From Girardia tigrina (lineage: Eukaryota): a stretch of 64,000 nucleotides of DNA. The notes under the pieces are model-generated. The model saw only the letters and a program-made list of their open reading frames with translations, did no database searches and was not told the DNA's origin. Each line of letters starts with the position of its first letter. Positions within the stretch are counted from its first letter, which is position 1. The stretch spans positions 1 to 64,000 of the forward strand of contig MQRK01234575.1 of assembly GCA_001938485.1 (NCBI GenBank). The letters are read 5' to 3'. A program made the position numbers and the translations under genes. This document shows, piece after piece, positions 1 to 15,100 of this stretch.

Positions 1-1084
1 AAAAGATTCACGATAGGAGTTATAGGGTAGAAGACATATACAGGAAACAGATGGTGAGAAACGTAGAGAAGTTCAAAAATTTTAAAGAAAAGGGGGAATG
101 TTAGGGATTAAATTAGAAGGTAAAATTTTTGATAGATAATTAATTTAATTTAAATTAATTTAGTTGATTCCGCGTGGAATTTAAATTAAATTAATTAAAT
201 TAATTTTAATGAATAATAATGTAAAATTCTTTAAGAAAATTTCATCATAATAATTAAGTTAAATAATTAAACTATTTTTATTTATATAAATATCNGTACT
301 ATATATGGTTGGTAATTTAAATAAATTGGTTCCTCCAAAAATAACTGAATCATATTAAAATAAATTGTTTTAATATTCAGAGTTTGGTGAAAATTCAAAA
401 AGTAGAAAATTGTTGATTTAAATAAATTTTCGAAACCGCTTTATTTATTTTGAAATTTCGGGTTTATTTTCACTGTATTCGGCCGTTCCAAAAGAAGATA
501 ACACTATATAAATAAATAAATAAATGTATATATATATATATATCCATGGAATTTAGCAACCTGTTTTTGAAGACCTACTCAATCGATTTTCTTCAAACTT
601 TGCACACTTACTCATTCTCGATGACAATAAATGATTATGTAAAAATTTGATTGAAAGAATCTTTTTAAGATCCCAAAATGAGAAAAACGGAAAATTTGGA
701 GTTCCCGAACAATATTAATTGCAAGATATCTATTTATAAAGTATAAGTACTTGATATTAATTTTTAATGTGCTTTTGTAAGTTAAAATTTTTTAAATCTT
801 AAATTTTTAAATTTTAAAAACTTTGTTGGCAAAGTAGAGTTTTGTCTGCATAAAGAATGGGTATAAAAATTTTAATTTTTTCATTTACTATTTTCATCTA
901 ATTATATATTTGAGAATTAATTTTTAAAAAGTTTGAAGTTTTTGAACTGATATTGATTTAAAATATAAAAATATTTTTTGTAATAGTTTTTAAAAAACTT
1001 TACATAAATTTTATCATATTAAATAAATGTAAACGAAATAAATTTTGTTTTAATAATATCATTTTTTAATTTGAATTTTTTTAA

Positions 1085-4000
1085 ATGGTGTTCTTGAAAG
1101 TACCATAATATCATTTATTGAGAGAGGTGTTGTCCTGATGGTACGATCAGTTGATTCGAAGGGAGTGGAATTTGTAGCTGTCAGCGGAAGAAAATTCCTG
1201 GGCCATATACTCCCAAAGGTCACTATCATTGGTAGGGGTATTTGCACCTACGGACAGTGGATATTCAAGTGAGGAGAAAGATGAGTTCTTCGTATCGTTA
1301 CAAGAACAAGTGGAGAATGCGACTGCTGAAGCTCAGCGCAGAAAATACGAACAGTTAGTTGGAGGTGACTTCAACTGCAGACTTAATCGAACGGAGGAGA
1401 ACAGAGGAAGTACCGGGTGGTACATTAGTTCAACAGCAACATCGGAGAATGGTAATCATGTCATTGATCCAACAGATGCATGTAATTTGCTTGTAGAGAA
1501 CACCTTCTACAAGCAAAAACTGGTGCAGAGAACTAATTGGACACACCCAGCAACGAAGCAACGCTTATTACTGGAACAAAGACACAATCAGTAGAGACAT
1601 TGGACAGGCTTGTCCGAATGTTAAGTGTTGGGACGACATAGAAAGAGTAGCTGTTTCTACAGCTAGCAAATACTGAAAGAAGAAAATCCCGCTCAATCAA
1701 AGGGGGCTTCAAAACGACCTAGATGAACTGAAGACGTTGTTACAGGAGAAAGGGAAACGAAGGAAGGAGTTCATCCAGAATAGAAGCAAACAAACATATG
1801 CCAAATGGAAAGCTGTGTGACTGAATACATTACGGCAGCTGAGAAGATGGAAGAGAGAAACGATAGAGATCATCAGACAGGAGATTGAAGGCGTGCTGAA
1901 CAGAGAGTGCATAGGGAAAAAATCTGGACTATATCCGGAACTCAGAGCCATATGCAATAGCGAAACAAAAGAATCAACTCTCTGCACAGTACAGAGTAGT
2001 TTGACAGATGAAGTGTTAACAGAGTACTTCTCGAATCTATTCAGGAAGAATGAAAGAGATTATGTCGTGATTGAAGATCAGAGACAGATCTTGGATATTT
2101 ACAACTTACCGAACGTGGAAGAAGTGGGTGCCGCAATAAATCAACTCAAGAACGACACAGCTGCTAGGAACAATGGTATCATCCCAGAGTTATACGAGTT
2201 AACTCTTATTATTATTATTAAGTTAACAAGTTATACAGTTAACTCTCAAGATCCAGCAATGTTTTGAGTAAATCTTGGAGGGAAGATCAGACTTACAAGA
2301 GGCATGGAAAACAGTGAAAGTTGTAATCCAATATAAAGTGAAAGGTTTAAAGAGGATTTGAACAATTACAAAGGAATCTTTCTACGCAATATGGTAGGTA
2401 AGATAATTGCAAAAAAAATTATGGCAAAAAATTAATGCCACGCTTGGAGAGAATACTGGACGACTGACAATTTGAGTTCAGGCCCAAAAGAGGAACAGCA
2501 TATTCGATTGGCATCATCAGAAAGGTGCAAGTACAGGCAAGATACCGCAATATCAACGTGTATGCAATATTTATCGACCTGGAAAAGGCATTCGACAGCG
2601 TGCCCAGGAAAGTTCTCTGGGACTGCCTTCAAAGAATGGGAGTACATGGTCGCATATTAAGCATGATAATGGACTTTCATGAAGGATTTACAGGAAGTGT
2701 TGGTAAGAGCATTTTCACATGGAGAAAGGAGTCCGACAAAGTTGCGTACTCGGTCCCTTACCTAGAATTCGACTGCGCAATCAAAACTGATATCCAAGAA
2801 GGACTAAGTGGAGGCGTGAAGGTAAAATGTAAAGACGGAGAAACATTAACTGTAAACAGGCTGATATATGCTGACGATCTGAGTTTACTGGACGAGGATT
2901 ACGGAATCATAGAGAAAAACCTAACCTGCCTAAATACTGTGTTTATGAGAATGGGGCTGAAGATCAACATTGGGAAGACGAAGATCTTTAATGTTAATGG
3001 AGCCAGATATGTAACGGCAGAAAACAAACTGAGTGCCGGTGTAGAATGGGTGCACGAGTTCTGCTACCTTGGTTCGATCATCGAGAAGGGAGGAGGATCA
3101 AGAGTAGACATCAAAGCTAGAATTAAGAAAGAAGTGATAAAGCTGAGAACGATCAAACCAGTATTGAAGAACAAGTTGTCCCTCCAAAACAAAAAGAACA
3201 TCATCACAAGTTGTGTATTCCCTGTGGTATACTGCAGCTGTGGAAACTTGAGGACGAATTAGAGGGAAGGACGACAGAAGAAACATCTGGATGAATGTCT
3301 CAAGGTAGACATACACTGGCTCTTCGGAGACAAGTATAGCATTAATGAATTTTGTAGAGACATTCAGCAGAAGAGCCTATTAACATCAGTGGCAAGAATA
3401 GAGAAAGTCATTAAGCTAAAGAAAGTGGAGAGAAGAGAAGATGAGAACACGATGCGATTAATTCTCCAACGACTCAAAGAACACAGCTGCCCGATGGAAG
3501 ACTGCTATCGTCAATTCGCGGAAATCAAAGAATTGAACACATATCTCCGGTAGGATTATATCGGAGCAAATCCAATACCGAGAAAACAGAGACAGAAGAC
3601 AGCCCAGCCACGACAAAAGAAAGGAGTATACAAGTGCCTTCACTTCCCAAAAGAATACAAGTGCACAGGATGGCTGAAGATCAACTTACAGAAGAAGCAC
3701 CGAGAAGAACCAGAGCAATCCAACACCAAAAGAAACGACAACTTGGTAAGAGAGGAAGAGCGGACAATAATCCAATCGAACCCTCGGTTTCTGGACGCAA
3801 CTGTGGGTATGCCGGGGACCCAGAACGAACAAGACGCTGTAGAAACACACAGAGACTACCGATTACCCGACATGAAGGCAAAATGAAATTTTCAGTGTCC
3901 ATTTCGCGGCTGTGACGTGTCCACCGTAACAGTTAAAGGCAAGTATGGCCATGGAACCAAGTTCCATAGTTGGTCATTCGTCACTGGAAAGCCGACTGCT

Positions 4001-4190
4001 CAGAGGCCGAAAGCCACTGACCTCGTAGTATGCCTATCGGGGGCCCTGAAGGACTTTAGTTTGTGTGGACCTTCTAAGGAGCCTCAGGTTCAATACTATT
4101 GAAAGAGATGGGAGGCCCACCGTAATATCATTGATATATGTGGAACTTTCCTATGAACTAATAAACTGGTGGCACGATGAGTTTTTATTA
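1085..4190 (+). mobile_element. 5'-truncated, frameshifted RTE-like non-LTR retrotransposon (APE endonuclease, RT, GC-rich 3' UTR)
   Basis: VFAPT..EEKDEFF..GDFN (APE, ORF 1229-1594); IDLEKAFDSVPR, YADD, FCYLGS (RT, ORF 2525-3262); many stops and frameshifts. Confidence 0.9.
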
Positions 4191-5605
4191 ATTTAAATTA
4201 ATAATATATTTTTTATATTAAAATCAATTTTTTAATAACTTAAATTATGAATATAATTATTATTAGTTAAATTAATTACTTATGTTTTCGATAAGTTCTA
4301 AAAATTAATCATTTTTTTCAATATTCATATAAATTAAAGTTTGCAAAAACTTCCATAAGGCCGAGAAAATAGTGACTCGACGACAACACTGCTGAGCACA
4401 ATGGCGACTACTTTTTGCACTTGCACGACGTGGACGATTGATAAAATATTTTATTGCATTTTGGTGTTTTTTGGCGACAAAAGTTATGAGGCAACCTTAT
4501 GTCATACAAATAGTTTTTCAAATTTAAAATAACTGCTTTTAATGTGGATTAAATTTGTTTAAATAGTGTTAGTGCATTTTTTGGATTAATAAAAACTTGC
4601 AAATTGATTTCGTCTTATAATATCGATGTGGGAGATGTTCCAACTTAATCCAAAGGTCACATGAACATGTCTTGTTGATAAAGTGAGTCTCGCTCAAATA
4701 TTTTTTGCACGATCTTCATAAACCAATTCAAGAATCAAAAGAATAACATTTACTCACACTGTCTCTCTCCATAAAAACTTTTGCAATAAGTTAATCGATT
4801 TAAATAAAAGCTATTTAATTTTATAAACTGGATTCACTACTGAGTGAACTCTAATCATCCTTGTCACCACAGTACTGCAGGGGTGAAATCGCCGGGTATA
4901 TAAATTCTAAGCGCCCGGACGATTCAGAAATCCAATTTCTTACTGACCACAGTGAACAAAATAACAACCGAACTCTCATGCGCCTCTGACATTTATATTT
5001 ACATCGAAGATTCTCACACAGAATCCGGCACACAAAACAATTTAGAGACGCATAACGAAATATGAAAATCAATAATTATGATTAACAACCACAAATCCCC
5101 AAAATCGACAATGACTGGCATGACCTCAATCGACTGGACATTGACCTTCGATTCAAACAAAAGCAATAATAAATCTAAGACAAGATCCAGATCTGTTATC
5201 AAACAAGCATCTGAATCCAGATCAGAGAGAAATGAGAACAGGAATCAATCGATTGTGATCACTGGGATCGTCCGATGGACTATATTGTTCCCGAAATTCA
5301 GCTGTTTCCATGACAATCAGAACCGTTCAGTAGAAATTTGCTTCACTGGGTTAATTGTCCATTGGTATCCATTGAAAATAAATAAAAGCGATATATAAAA
5401 TCAATAAAAATAAAATTGCACATTTAACTACACGAAAAAAAGAAAGCAAATTTTGCCGATGACATAATGAGATTGGATACACACAGTTCGCGCGTGTTTG
5501 TGTCTGCGTGTGACGACAGGTGTATGTGAGAATTTACGGTAGAAATAAAACGGATGAAGGTGTGTTCGCAACACACGTGTGAGGAAAAAGACTCAGACTC
5601 GCCGC

Positions 5606-6109
5606 TCACGAGGCTATGCTCGATTCTGTCATTCTGGAAGCCGAGTTGTTTTTCTCAATGTACAGCCGCAGCAGTCGAGTCTGTGCATTGACACGCTTGA
5701 ATAACAAATTGACAGCAAATACAAAATCAACCTTGCTACTACTGAGGCTTGAAAGATGTGTCCAGATTAAATCACCAATCCTTTTGTTTATTTCCACCAA
5801 GCAGAATATACTCGCCTTTCTAATGTGACTCTCATCATGCTCTGATGTCTGTAAAGAAAATATTCCAATCTTTCATGAGCAAAAACAATCTCATCTGATT
5901 ACTCGTATGAGACCAGGAATCATGATTTGTAAGGATGATATTAATAGGTCCTCTGGAACACTTTTTAATACTTCCAATAGCATTTTTAATGCTCCGAGAT
6001 TTACTCTACAGTCATTGTCGTTCAGCACTTCAGACAACACCTTGATACATAGATTCTGTGACAGACAACGCGCCATGACTTGGCTGCACTCTTCAGCTGC
6101 CCTCACGAC
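5606..6109 (-). CDS. CLASP: CLASP exons 25-27 (5903-6109, 5732-5848, 5606-5680), C-terminal CLIP-interacting domain
   Basis: VVRAAEEC...IMIPGLIR / HDESHIRKASIFCLV...LSSSK / TRLLRLYIEK..stop. Confidence 0.95.
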
Positions 6110-9100
6110 CTGGTTAACAATTAAAGGATCAAATACAATTACTTTATATCGATACACCCATGAAATACTGTGTTAGCCAGTTATGTCAAAACATATATTA
6201 TGATGACACTTAAAAAAATTATCAAAATATTTATTTCTCACCCTTTAAATCTGTTTTATTTAATATAAAAACGGTCCTACCAAAATATTATGCAAATATT
6301 TTAAAATTTAAAGGTAGCCCAACGATCACAAAAGTTAGCGTTTTGTAACTGAAAACCATAAGAATATGTATGCATCATGAAGATTAAATTTATTCATAAT
6401 GTGTCAAAATAATTTTTATTAAATTTCATTAGGTTAATAAAACAAGTAGTAACTTTTACATAATTTGAAAATATTAAGTATTTTGTTTTAGTCACTTAAA
6501 TATCGTCTTAGTGATTTTAATATTTTAATATAACATGTATTTATTAATTCTTTTTTAAATTATGCAAACTAAACAAATAGAATGTATATTTTGGTTTTGT
6601 TGATATATTTATGCTTAGATGCTGACTCCTTCTCTAAAAAAAGTGTGCTTATTTGGTTCAACAGTGACTGAACTAGTAGGAGCTAAGCTATCTTCAAATA
6701 GGCAAGTATTTGGATTTTTTCTTCATCTTCATTCAACTGAAAAGCTCTCTATTTACAATGCTGCTAAATAGGTTATCATGGATGTTTTATCATTTTTGGA
6801 AAAGGCCAAGCTTCCAGTCAGACAAGTACATTATTGTATTAAGAAATTAGAATATCTGTTTAGTCATTGGAAAGTTTTAAAGAAACATAAAAACCGTCAA
6901 ACAGAACTGCACAAGCAACAAGAGAATGAATTTATTCAAAATTTAGAAAATTGGTTCGATGTGGCTGATGCAAATGCATTAAACATAATAAAGATTCCGG
7001 AAGACAAACTGTTTCTTCTAACCCAACGAGAGAATGGTAGTCCCAGGCAAAATACTTCATAAATCGTTTATAAACGATTGATACTTTTCTTGATCTACAC
7101 TGTAATTGTGTAATTTGAATATCAGGGGACCCTTTCTTCATTTTGCAAATTTTTGGCCATAATTGTGGGAATGACAATGTTCACCGGAATTTATTAGTTT
7201 GAACGTCAGAATTGGCGGGTAGTCTAGATATTGAATCTGATTTCATTGATGAAAATACATTGCCTCATATTATTGAATGTTCAAAGACATTGAGATGATT
7301 AAGGCGGATCAATATTACATCAATAATAATAACAATATCTGTTTAATATATAATTCATGGATTTACCCTTAGATCTGTTATTTTACTACGATTTATGTAT
7401 TACAATGCAAATGGTATTTTATGTTGTAAAAAGTATATATTTTTGAGGTCGATTTAAAAAATCCGTAAATTAAAAAAATCAGTTAATTTTAATCTCATCA
7501 AATCAATAAATTCAATATCGAATTCTAATTCAATTTTTTTCAATCTTTTTTGATAATTGTTGAAATATGCAATCACGAACGACAAAAACTAATTAATCAG
7601 AACATTTCGATGTAGAATGATTTAGAAGTTAAAAACGAATAAATGTGTTTCTTGAAAATCGCAGATTTGATAGAAGAAATAAAAAAAACAGATTTTCTCT
7701 TAAGAAAACAATTAAAAGATTTTGTACAACGGTTAAAAAAGCAAAAATAGTTTAAGAGGAGTGGTAAACTGTTTTACAAATATTGGCATGTCTAGCATTT
7801 TCCAGCAGGGCATAAAATTCCCTGCTTTGATCCATTGAAAGCACGATATTCTGCCGCAAGAGAACACAAAATCCCACACTACCAGACAATTGCAGAAAAG
7901 ATAATATATCTTAACACCATTGAATTTCTTCAGCACCAAGCTTATAGTTCAGACCTTAAGCCACCCGACTATCACCTCTTCGATTGCATGGCAAACTGTT
8001 TTCACAAGTTAAACAATCTGGCTGAGGTTGAAAACAGATGCTGGGAGTTTTTTATCTCTAAAAACAAAGAATGGTACCACAGCGGGATTGACGAACTTAC
8101 TAATCAACGGATCCAAGTCATTAATTCAAATGTTCTTTACTTTTAATGTTGATTGTTGTTTAGTTGTCGTAAAATTATGTTTTTTTAAATTATTTATTTT
8201 TTTAAATCGAAAAAGAACTTTAAGTTCACACTAAAATTTCACGTATTGAATACATCTAATTAATATATATATCATGAAGATAACCGACTCACCGTTTTAT
8301 CCGAGTCCTTATGACAATGTAAGATTTTCAAAACGGTCAAATGAGTGAAATCATCGAATCTTTGAGGCATAATTTTGGTTAATTCTTGAAGAACTCTTAA
8401 AGACAGAGTTCGAATTTCACACTAAAGAAGAGAATAAAGGAATAAATAGTAAAAAAAATAGTTTACATCAGCATCCTTCACGGTATCAAGCAATCTCATC
8501 AGGGTTGTTTTGAATACATCATTCCAGTTTTCAACACAATTTTCGCGCACCAAATTTATTAGTTTCATCAAACAGGCTTTTCTTTGTTCCGTCCTAAAAC
8601 AGACACTTAATCAAAAGAATAATAAAAATGTATTGTAAGATTCACAAATCTTAAATGTAAATAGCAAAAGGACCCTGTTACTTTAATAATGTAATACTTT
8701 CAATTAAATAAAATTATAACGAAATCCAACCTTTGATTGAGATAACACAATTCTGCTAATATTGTCATTATCATATCGTTAGGAGGCAGATCGGATATTT
8801 TTCTCAACATTTGGAAGCCCATAGGAGACTGTGAATGTAAATAAGATTCTAAACAATTTATAAAATAAATATTCAAACCGAGAGAGATAATTTACCTGAT
8901 GCATTTATTCGAAGCATTTGATCAGATAGTGTTGATCCAGCCTAAATATTTTTTTTGTAAAAAAATATAAAATGCAGTCAATTCATTATTATTAAAAAAA
9001 TCCTTTTAAACTTTTTATTATTCGAAAGAAACATGATAAGTGAATCATTCAGCTTGGAACTTCATCAGCCAGTATATATATAACCTTATTCAAGCAAGTA

Positions 9101-12100
9101 CTAATATAATCTGCATTTATAGATTACTTGATAAAACATATCAACAACCTAAAAAGATACTTCTGAAAGTAATAATTATAAAATCGAATCTTTATTACTA
9201 TTATGTAAATATTTTATAAATATTTTCGAGTGTTGCTGGAAATTTTATTTTAAAGTTGAGTGACCTAATTAATAACACTTCCCACACTATTCTCTCATAA
9301 AGCAATTTCCAAAATCGGAACAGAACTTTTAAATTTTTGATTTAAAAATACATTTACATTTCTGTCTATGTGCAAACTAAAGCTTACTTAATACTAGGTT
9401 TTGGTCAAAATTTTAAAATATAGTGTACTTCATCAGATAAAGTGACATTATTTGACACATTGAATATCGCATGGGCCCTTGTGAGCACGCGTTCCACGAG
9501 AGTAAATTTATATGTTGGGACCGAATAATCACCGGTGTGCACTTTAAAATAAATCTAGTGGTCAAATAGTGTATGTCTTGAATTATTAGTTTGGTGACAT
9601 TTAAACTCTGTGGTAATTAATACCACAACATTTAATATCCGCGACAGTTAATCCCAAGACATTTGATCCCGCCACATTTAATATTAAAAATATTTAATCC
9701 TATAGAAAAAAATCGAAGTAATTAAATTTATTATAAAAAATTTAAATGATTATTAAATTAAAATAATTATTTTTTTATTAAAATATCTATTATTAAGATC
9801 GATAGCATCGAGGATATTTGCATGTTTTGCTTCAACTATTTTATGAGATAACCACTGGGTGTCATCTATCAGACTGTATCAGAAAATACAAAACCTAACT
9901 TTACAAGACTTGGCAATGAAATGGAATGCCATGCACCAATATCTTAAAAATTAATAACAATTACATTGTAATAATAATGAAATTTTATAATAAAATTAAT
10001 AAACATGTGTTATGTCTTCTCATTTCTGAAAGAATCAGTCGAAGTTAAGTATTAAAAATTTTAGTCAATCATACAACTTATAAATGTGCCTACCCCTGCA
10101 ATAGAGAAAATTATCATAATTCGATTATCACCGGGACCTCAATCAAAAAGAATCATACTTTATATTCATCTGGAATAAAAAAACAGATCCACAGGTATTG
10201 CAGATAGATTTATTTCATTAGAAAACATTACATTAATACAGGTAGAATTAATTCCTTACTTATATTTAATCTTATACAGAGAATTCTGACAAAAATATTT
10301 AAAAATTTTTAAACTAAAACATATTTAAATTATTTAAAATAAAATAACAAAAAAAATTTGAATTCAATATTAATTTCAATTAATAATAAAAAGTTCAAAT
10401 AAAAATAATTCATATAAATATTTAAAAAATAACAACAAATTATTTTTAAAAGTCCAAAAACGTTCGTTAAATATATTGTAATCATTTTCGACGGATCAAC
10501 CGTCATCATCAGACTAAATTAACAATGATATATTCGCGTTTATATCAAAGCAATGTTTATGCAATCATTATGTAATTTATTAATCATGTAAATACATTCA
10601 ATAAAATTGAAGAGGATGGTGTTTGCACATTGATGTTAGGATCAAAGGATTTGATCAACACATAACCCTCTCCCAGTAATTATCAAATTGTGAACACAAT
10701 ATTTTAAAATTACTTAGATCAACTTTACTATTCAAACAGTTCTTCCTTTGTTGATCAATATTATCACTTAGCTCTGTAAACAGATTCAGGAACATAATTG
10801 CAGGGAAAGTGATAGCAATAGTGCTCAACCTAGAAGAACAGTTTGAATAGAATTTAGATATAAACACGTGTATGTGAAAATTATGATATAATGTAAATAA
10901 GTACAAAAATTATTTTATTTTTATTTCTTTTTCAAAGTTTATTAAATTAATTAACACTTATATTTATTGTAAAAATTAATTTAAAAAATAAAGGAATTCG
11001 AACTAATGAAAGTTATAACAAATTAATTAATTATAACGATTATAAATAACATACATCATTGCCATAGTAATTGTATGATCCAGCATCATAATTTTGATAA
11101 CAGCTGTACGTTAAAGAATTTTCTACACCGGGCATTAGATTTCTGTGATTTGATGTGAATGAATCCTGACAAGGGCCTAGCATGTCTGAACTGTTACTGA
11201 TAACCGATGACGGATACTCGGGATTGCGTAAAGAAGATTGAAATCTGTTGATCATATAACTGGCAGCCGAATTAGAGAGCATGCTCTGATCAATGTGATT
11301 TCCGTTAGTGTTACCATCATTATATGGAGGATCACTCAGCTGTGTTCTTAACTGCTTTTAATAAAAATTAATTAATGATAAAAGAAAGATGACTAAGAGT
11401 ATAAAAATGAATGAGCAATAAAATAAGATATAGATAATACCAACAATCTAATAAAATCACAAAATACTTTATAACAGTCAATGTTATAAAGATAATGTTA
11501 CTAATGTCACAAGTATATATGAAATTATAAATTAATTTATTAAGGAAAATGATAAAAAAGTAATAAGAATTTCAAATTTGGTGTGGTCTATGACCACTGA
11601 CCACATCTCGTTAGGAACATTACATAACAATAATAAAATATGCCTACATTATAAGGTCTAGATCTGGAATAAGAACGGTTTCCATCAGTCCCATCATAAC
11701 AATCGTACGTCATTGCTTGCATATCCTCAGTTGTTCGACGAATATAATTATCGATATCTTCTTGGATCATAACATTTTTATTCCCCATAGGTTTCATTTG
11801 AAATTTATTTCGATCAGTGTAAAATTCTCTAAACAAAATTTTTAAATAATAATATTGAAAAAATATGTTAAAATATATCTGTAACTTTTATCAATGGATT
11901 TTTGTAATAAAACTCACAATAACAACACGAGAGGATTTTATCAAATTTTAATAATATTAAAGAATTATTTTCTAAAATTGACGACTGTCAAATGACAATT
12001 AATAATTAATCAACATAAATATTTTAATATATTCACATTTGTTTTTAATAAGTTTCAAAATGAAAAACCTATCCAATAACTTTATGAAAACCAAAAGTCA

Positions 12101-15100
12101 TTTTTACATAAATGGGAAATATCCGACACAATTAAACACGATGCAACCTCTACCAAAGTTTTAAATGCAAAAAAACACTTAACAAAATCATATAACCGTA
12201 AACACAACAGCCATCTTACCGTTGCTTTACGGAATGTCCATAATATCCGTATTGTTCGAGACTCTTAGTAGAGGTTACTTTGTCGGTATTCTTATCGTGG
12301 AAAGAATTCGATCGGGAAATTTTGCTTCTGTACATGAAGATTGAAAATCAAACTAATCAGATATCATCATGATCTTTCTATCAATTTTATAATTCTTGTC
12401 TTTACTAATTTACATTACAAAGCTTATCTTAATTTTGAATACCTTGAAATATGTTTACATTCTCACTTTAAAAGCTTGAAAGTTTACTGTTTCAAGACTA
12501 TGTAGTATCTCTACGCCAAATGTGTATTAGAAAACAATAAATAAATAAAATATTTTTTGTAAATACAAAATGACGATTTATCCTAAAAATTTTGTTATTT
12601 TTGTTAAAAATTGGCACTTTTCTGGATTAATTCTTAAATCTGCTTCCTTTATTTTTTCCAATATGCTCTTTCGTTGCATATGCTCTTCTTTATTTTTTGC
12701 CAAAATCCAATTATCGTCCAAATATACTACTGCCTCTTTCCAGTTTAAATCTCCTATGACTTTGACCATTAGCTCTTCGAAAGTTGCTGGGGCTGCTTCT
12801 ATTCCGAAAGGCATTCTTTTGAAACAATACTGTCTGTTCTTTGTTGAGAATGCTTTTTTAATCTTTGATTCTTCTTCCAACTCGACTTGGTAGTAAGCTT
12901 TTCCAAGATCAATTGAACTGAAGTATCGCGCACCATTCAGTGTGTTGAGCATGTCATCTACATTCGGCATAGGAAACGCTGGTCTGATGGTAATTCTATT
13001 CAACTGGCGGAAGTCTACACACACTCGAATATCTTGTTTTTCCTTCTTCCATACGCATACTAATGGGAAATTCCATGGTGAGCTACACTTTTCGATTATG
13101 TCATTTTCTTCGAAATTTTTAATAACATCATCCAATTTTTCCTCAAAGTGTTTTGGNTGCCGATAAGGTTTTACTAGTATTGGATCCCCGTGTGGTTCTA
13201 TTCAGTGTTTTGTCAATGATGTTTGCCGATATCCCACTTATCAACTATGAATACTGATTTATAATTTCTTAGAATCTTCAATGTGTTTGTTAAATATTTC
13301 CATTTTTCTTTTTAGTCTGTCCTCATCTGATGGGTTGTCTCTAATCACTAATATTTCTCCACCTCGAGGTATCTATCTTTTCAGTTTTATTCCGAATTTA
13401 TCCAAGAATTCTATACCTGCGATCATTTCGGGGTCCAGTTCTTTGACCACATAAAACTCTATTAACTTTTGTGTTCCCTCAATAGCTACATTTAATTGAA
13501 CGAGTCCATAATTTATCAGTTCTGAATCATTTACACAATGGATACGCTTTTTTGTTACTTTAATTTAATATCTTTCATATTTTTAATCATCTCCGCTTTA
13601 ATTACATTTACTCTGGCTCCGGTGTCCAAAAGGCAATGACATTTTCTATCCTTCGAGTAAAAATCCACACTTGGACGTCCTTTCAATGCTTTATAATTTA
13701 TCTTAAACTTTGATATCTTCAATATTTCCGTATTACCATTTAGTTTCTCAACATATTTAGTTTTCATACTATTATACTGTTCTCGATTTCCAATATCTTT
13801 ACATTCAAGTTCGCAAATTGAATTATTTAATCAAGAAATACTTTGTTTACTGATCAAGAGCTATTTTTACTGAGTTATAATTAAAAATACCGTGCATTTT
13901 AATACTGATCATTAACTAAAAATATTAAGAGAATAATTAAAATAATGATAAATTAATTTAAAAAATACTGAGCAGTAAATTACACGCCTTTTTAAGTAAA
14001 ACTTGAATTTAGTGATTTTAGTGACACCCCATACATATTAAGGAAATTTATTTAGATCGTTTTAATAATCTGTTACAATGTCTTAGGATGTATAAAATAA
14101 TTAATAATTTAGATTTTATTATTTAAATAATTAGATATATTTATACATTTTTTTAAAAAAGTTATATTATAATTTAAGTACTAATTTCTGTGATTTAATC
14201 GTTCCCTTAAAATCCTCTAAAGTTCAGAATAACTTTTAAAGAACCAGTAATCCTATGAAATTATAAAATATTCGGAAGAGAATATGGAATATCAATATTA
14301 TTAAGTTAAATGAAAGTATCAGAAACACTTAAGTTTGCACTTTTTTCCGAACTCTATCTTTAGAAATATAACTTTTACCATGTCTCAGCATTTGGTTTTT
14401 AAACACTCACTGACGGAAATAACAAGACGTCTCTCCAATTTCATCTACATCCATTTACGACATCATGATACAAATCTATTGAAGTCGTTATTTTCTGCCA
14501 TGTGTTCGCAGTGAGTTACCTGAGTGTTAAAATTAGCCAGATAAGCACCCTTAACGTATATAAGCACGTGAAGCAAAAGTGTTTCTCCGGTGCGTTGGAT
14601 GCACATATACGTTGGGCGAAACTAATTTCCATTTATAGATCTAAGAGTTATCTACTGGTATTCCTATACATATATGTTGATTCATTTTACTGTTTTTGAC
14701 GGATGTACACGTCATTATTAATTTTAATTACGCATTCAAAAATAATATTTGAAAATCTTATTTGTTAAAGAATATCACTTTTACAGAGCAATAATTATTT
14801 CTCTACAACGAGAATAATAATTTAAGTAGCCATATTAAAATTGAAAATTTTGAGATGTTTACAACTTTTTGTAAATAATTTCGTGTTACTTATCAAAAGA
14901 TTTGGAGGATCTTCATTAGCTGAGTAAAATATAATTATTTGCACATCAAAAGAAAACAATTGACAAATTATTTTTCTTTGTTTGGATAAGCATATTTTTG
15001 ACATAGAAAATATACATAAATATTTTATTTCACAATTAAAATCCATTTGAGAATAAAAGATATTTATTATTAACAAATACATTATTTTGGCGGCTGTTTT

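Noticed and set aside
3985-4030. GGCCGAAAGCC hairpin as a ribozyme
   Set aside because: No CUGANGA core in the right position; ordinary LINE 3' UTR hairpin.
4851-5609. Short ORFs downstream of the CLASP stop
   Set aside because: No recognisable domains or splice pattern; most likely the CLASP 3' UTR.
12443-12510. Possible extra CLASP exon with AG/GT boundaries
   Set aside because: It has a stop in the required frame, and exons 17 and 18 already join in phase.
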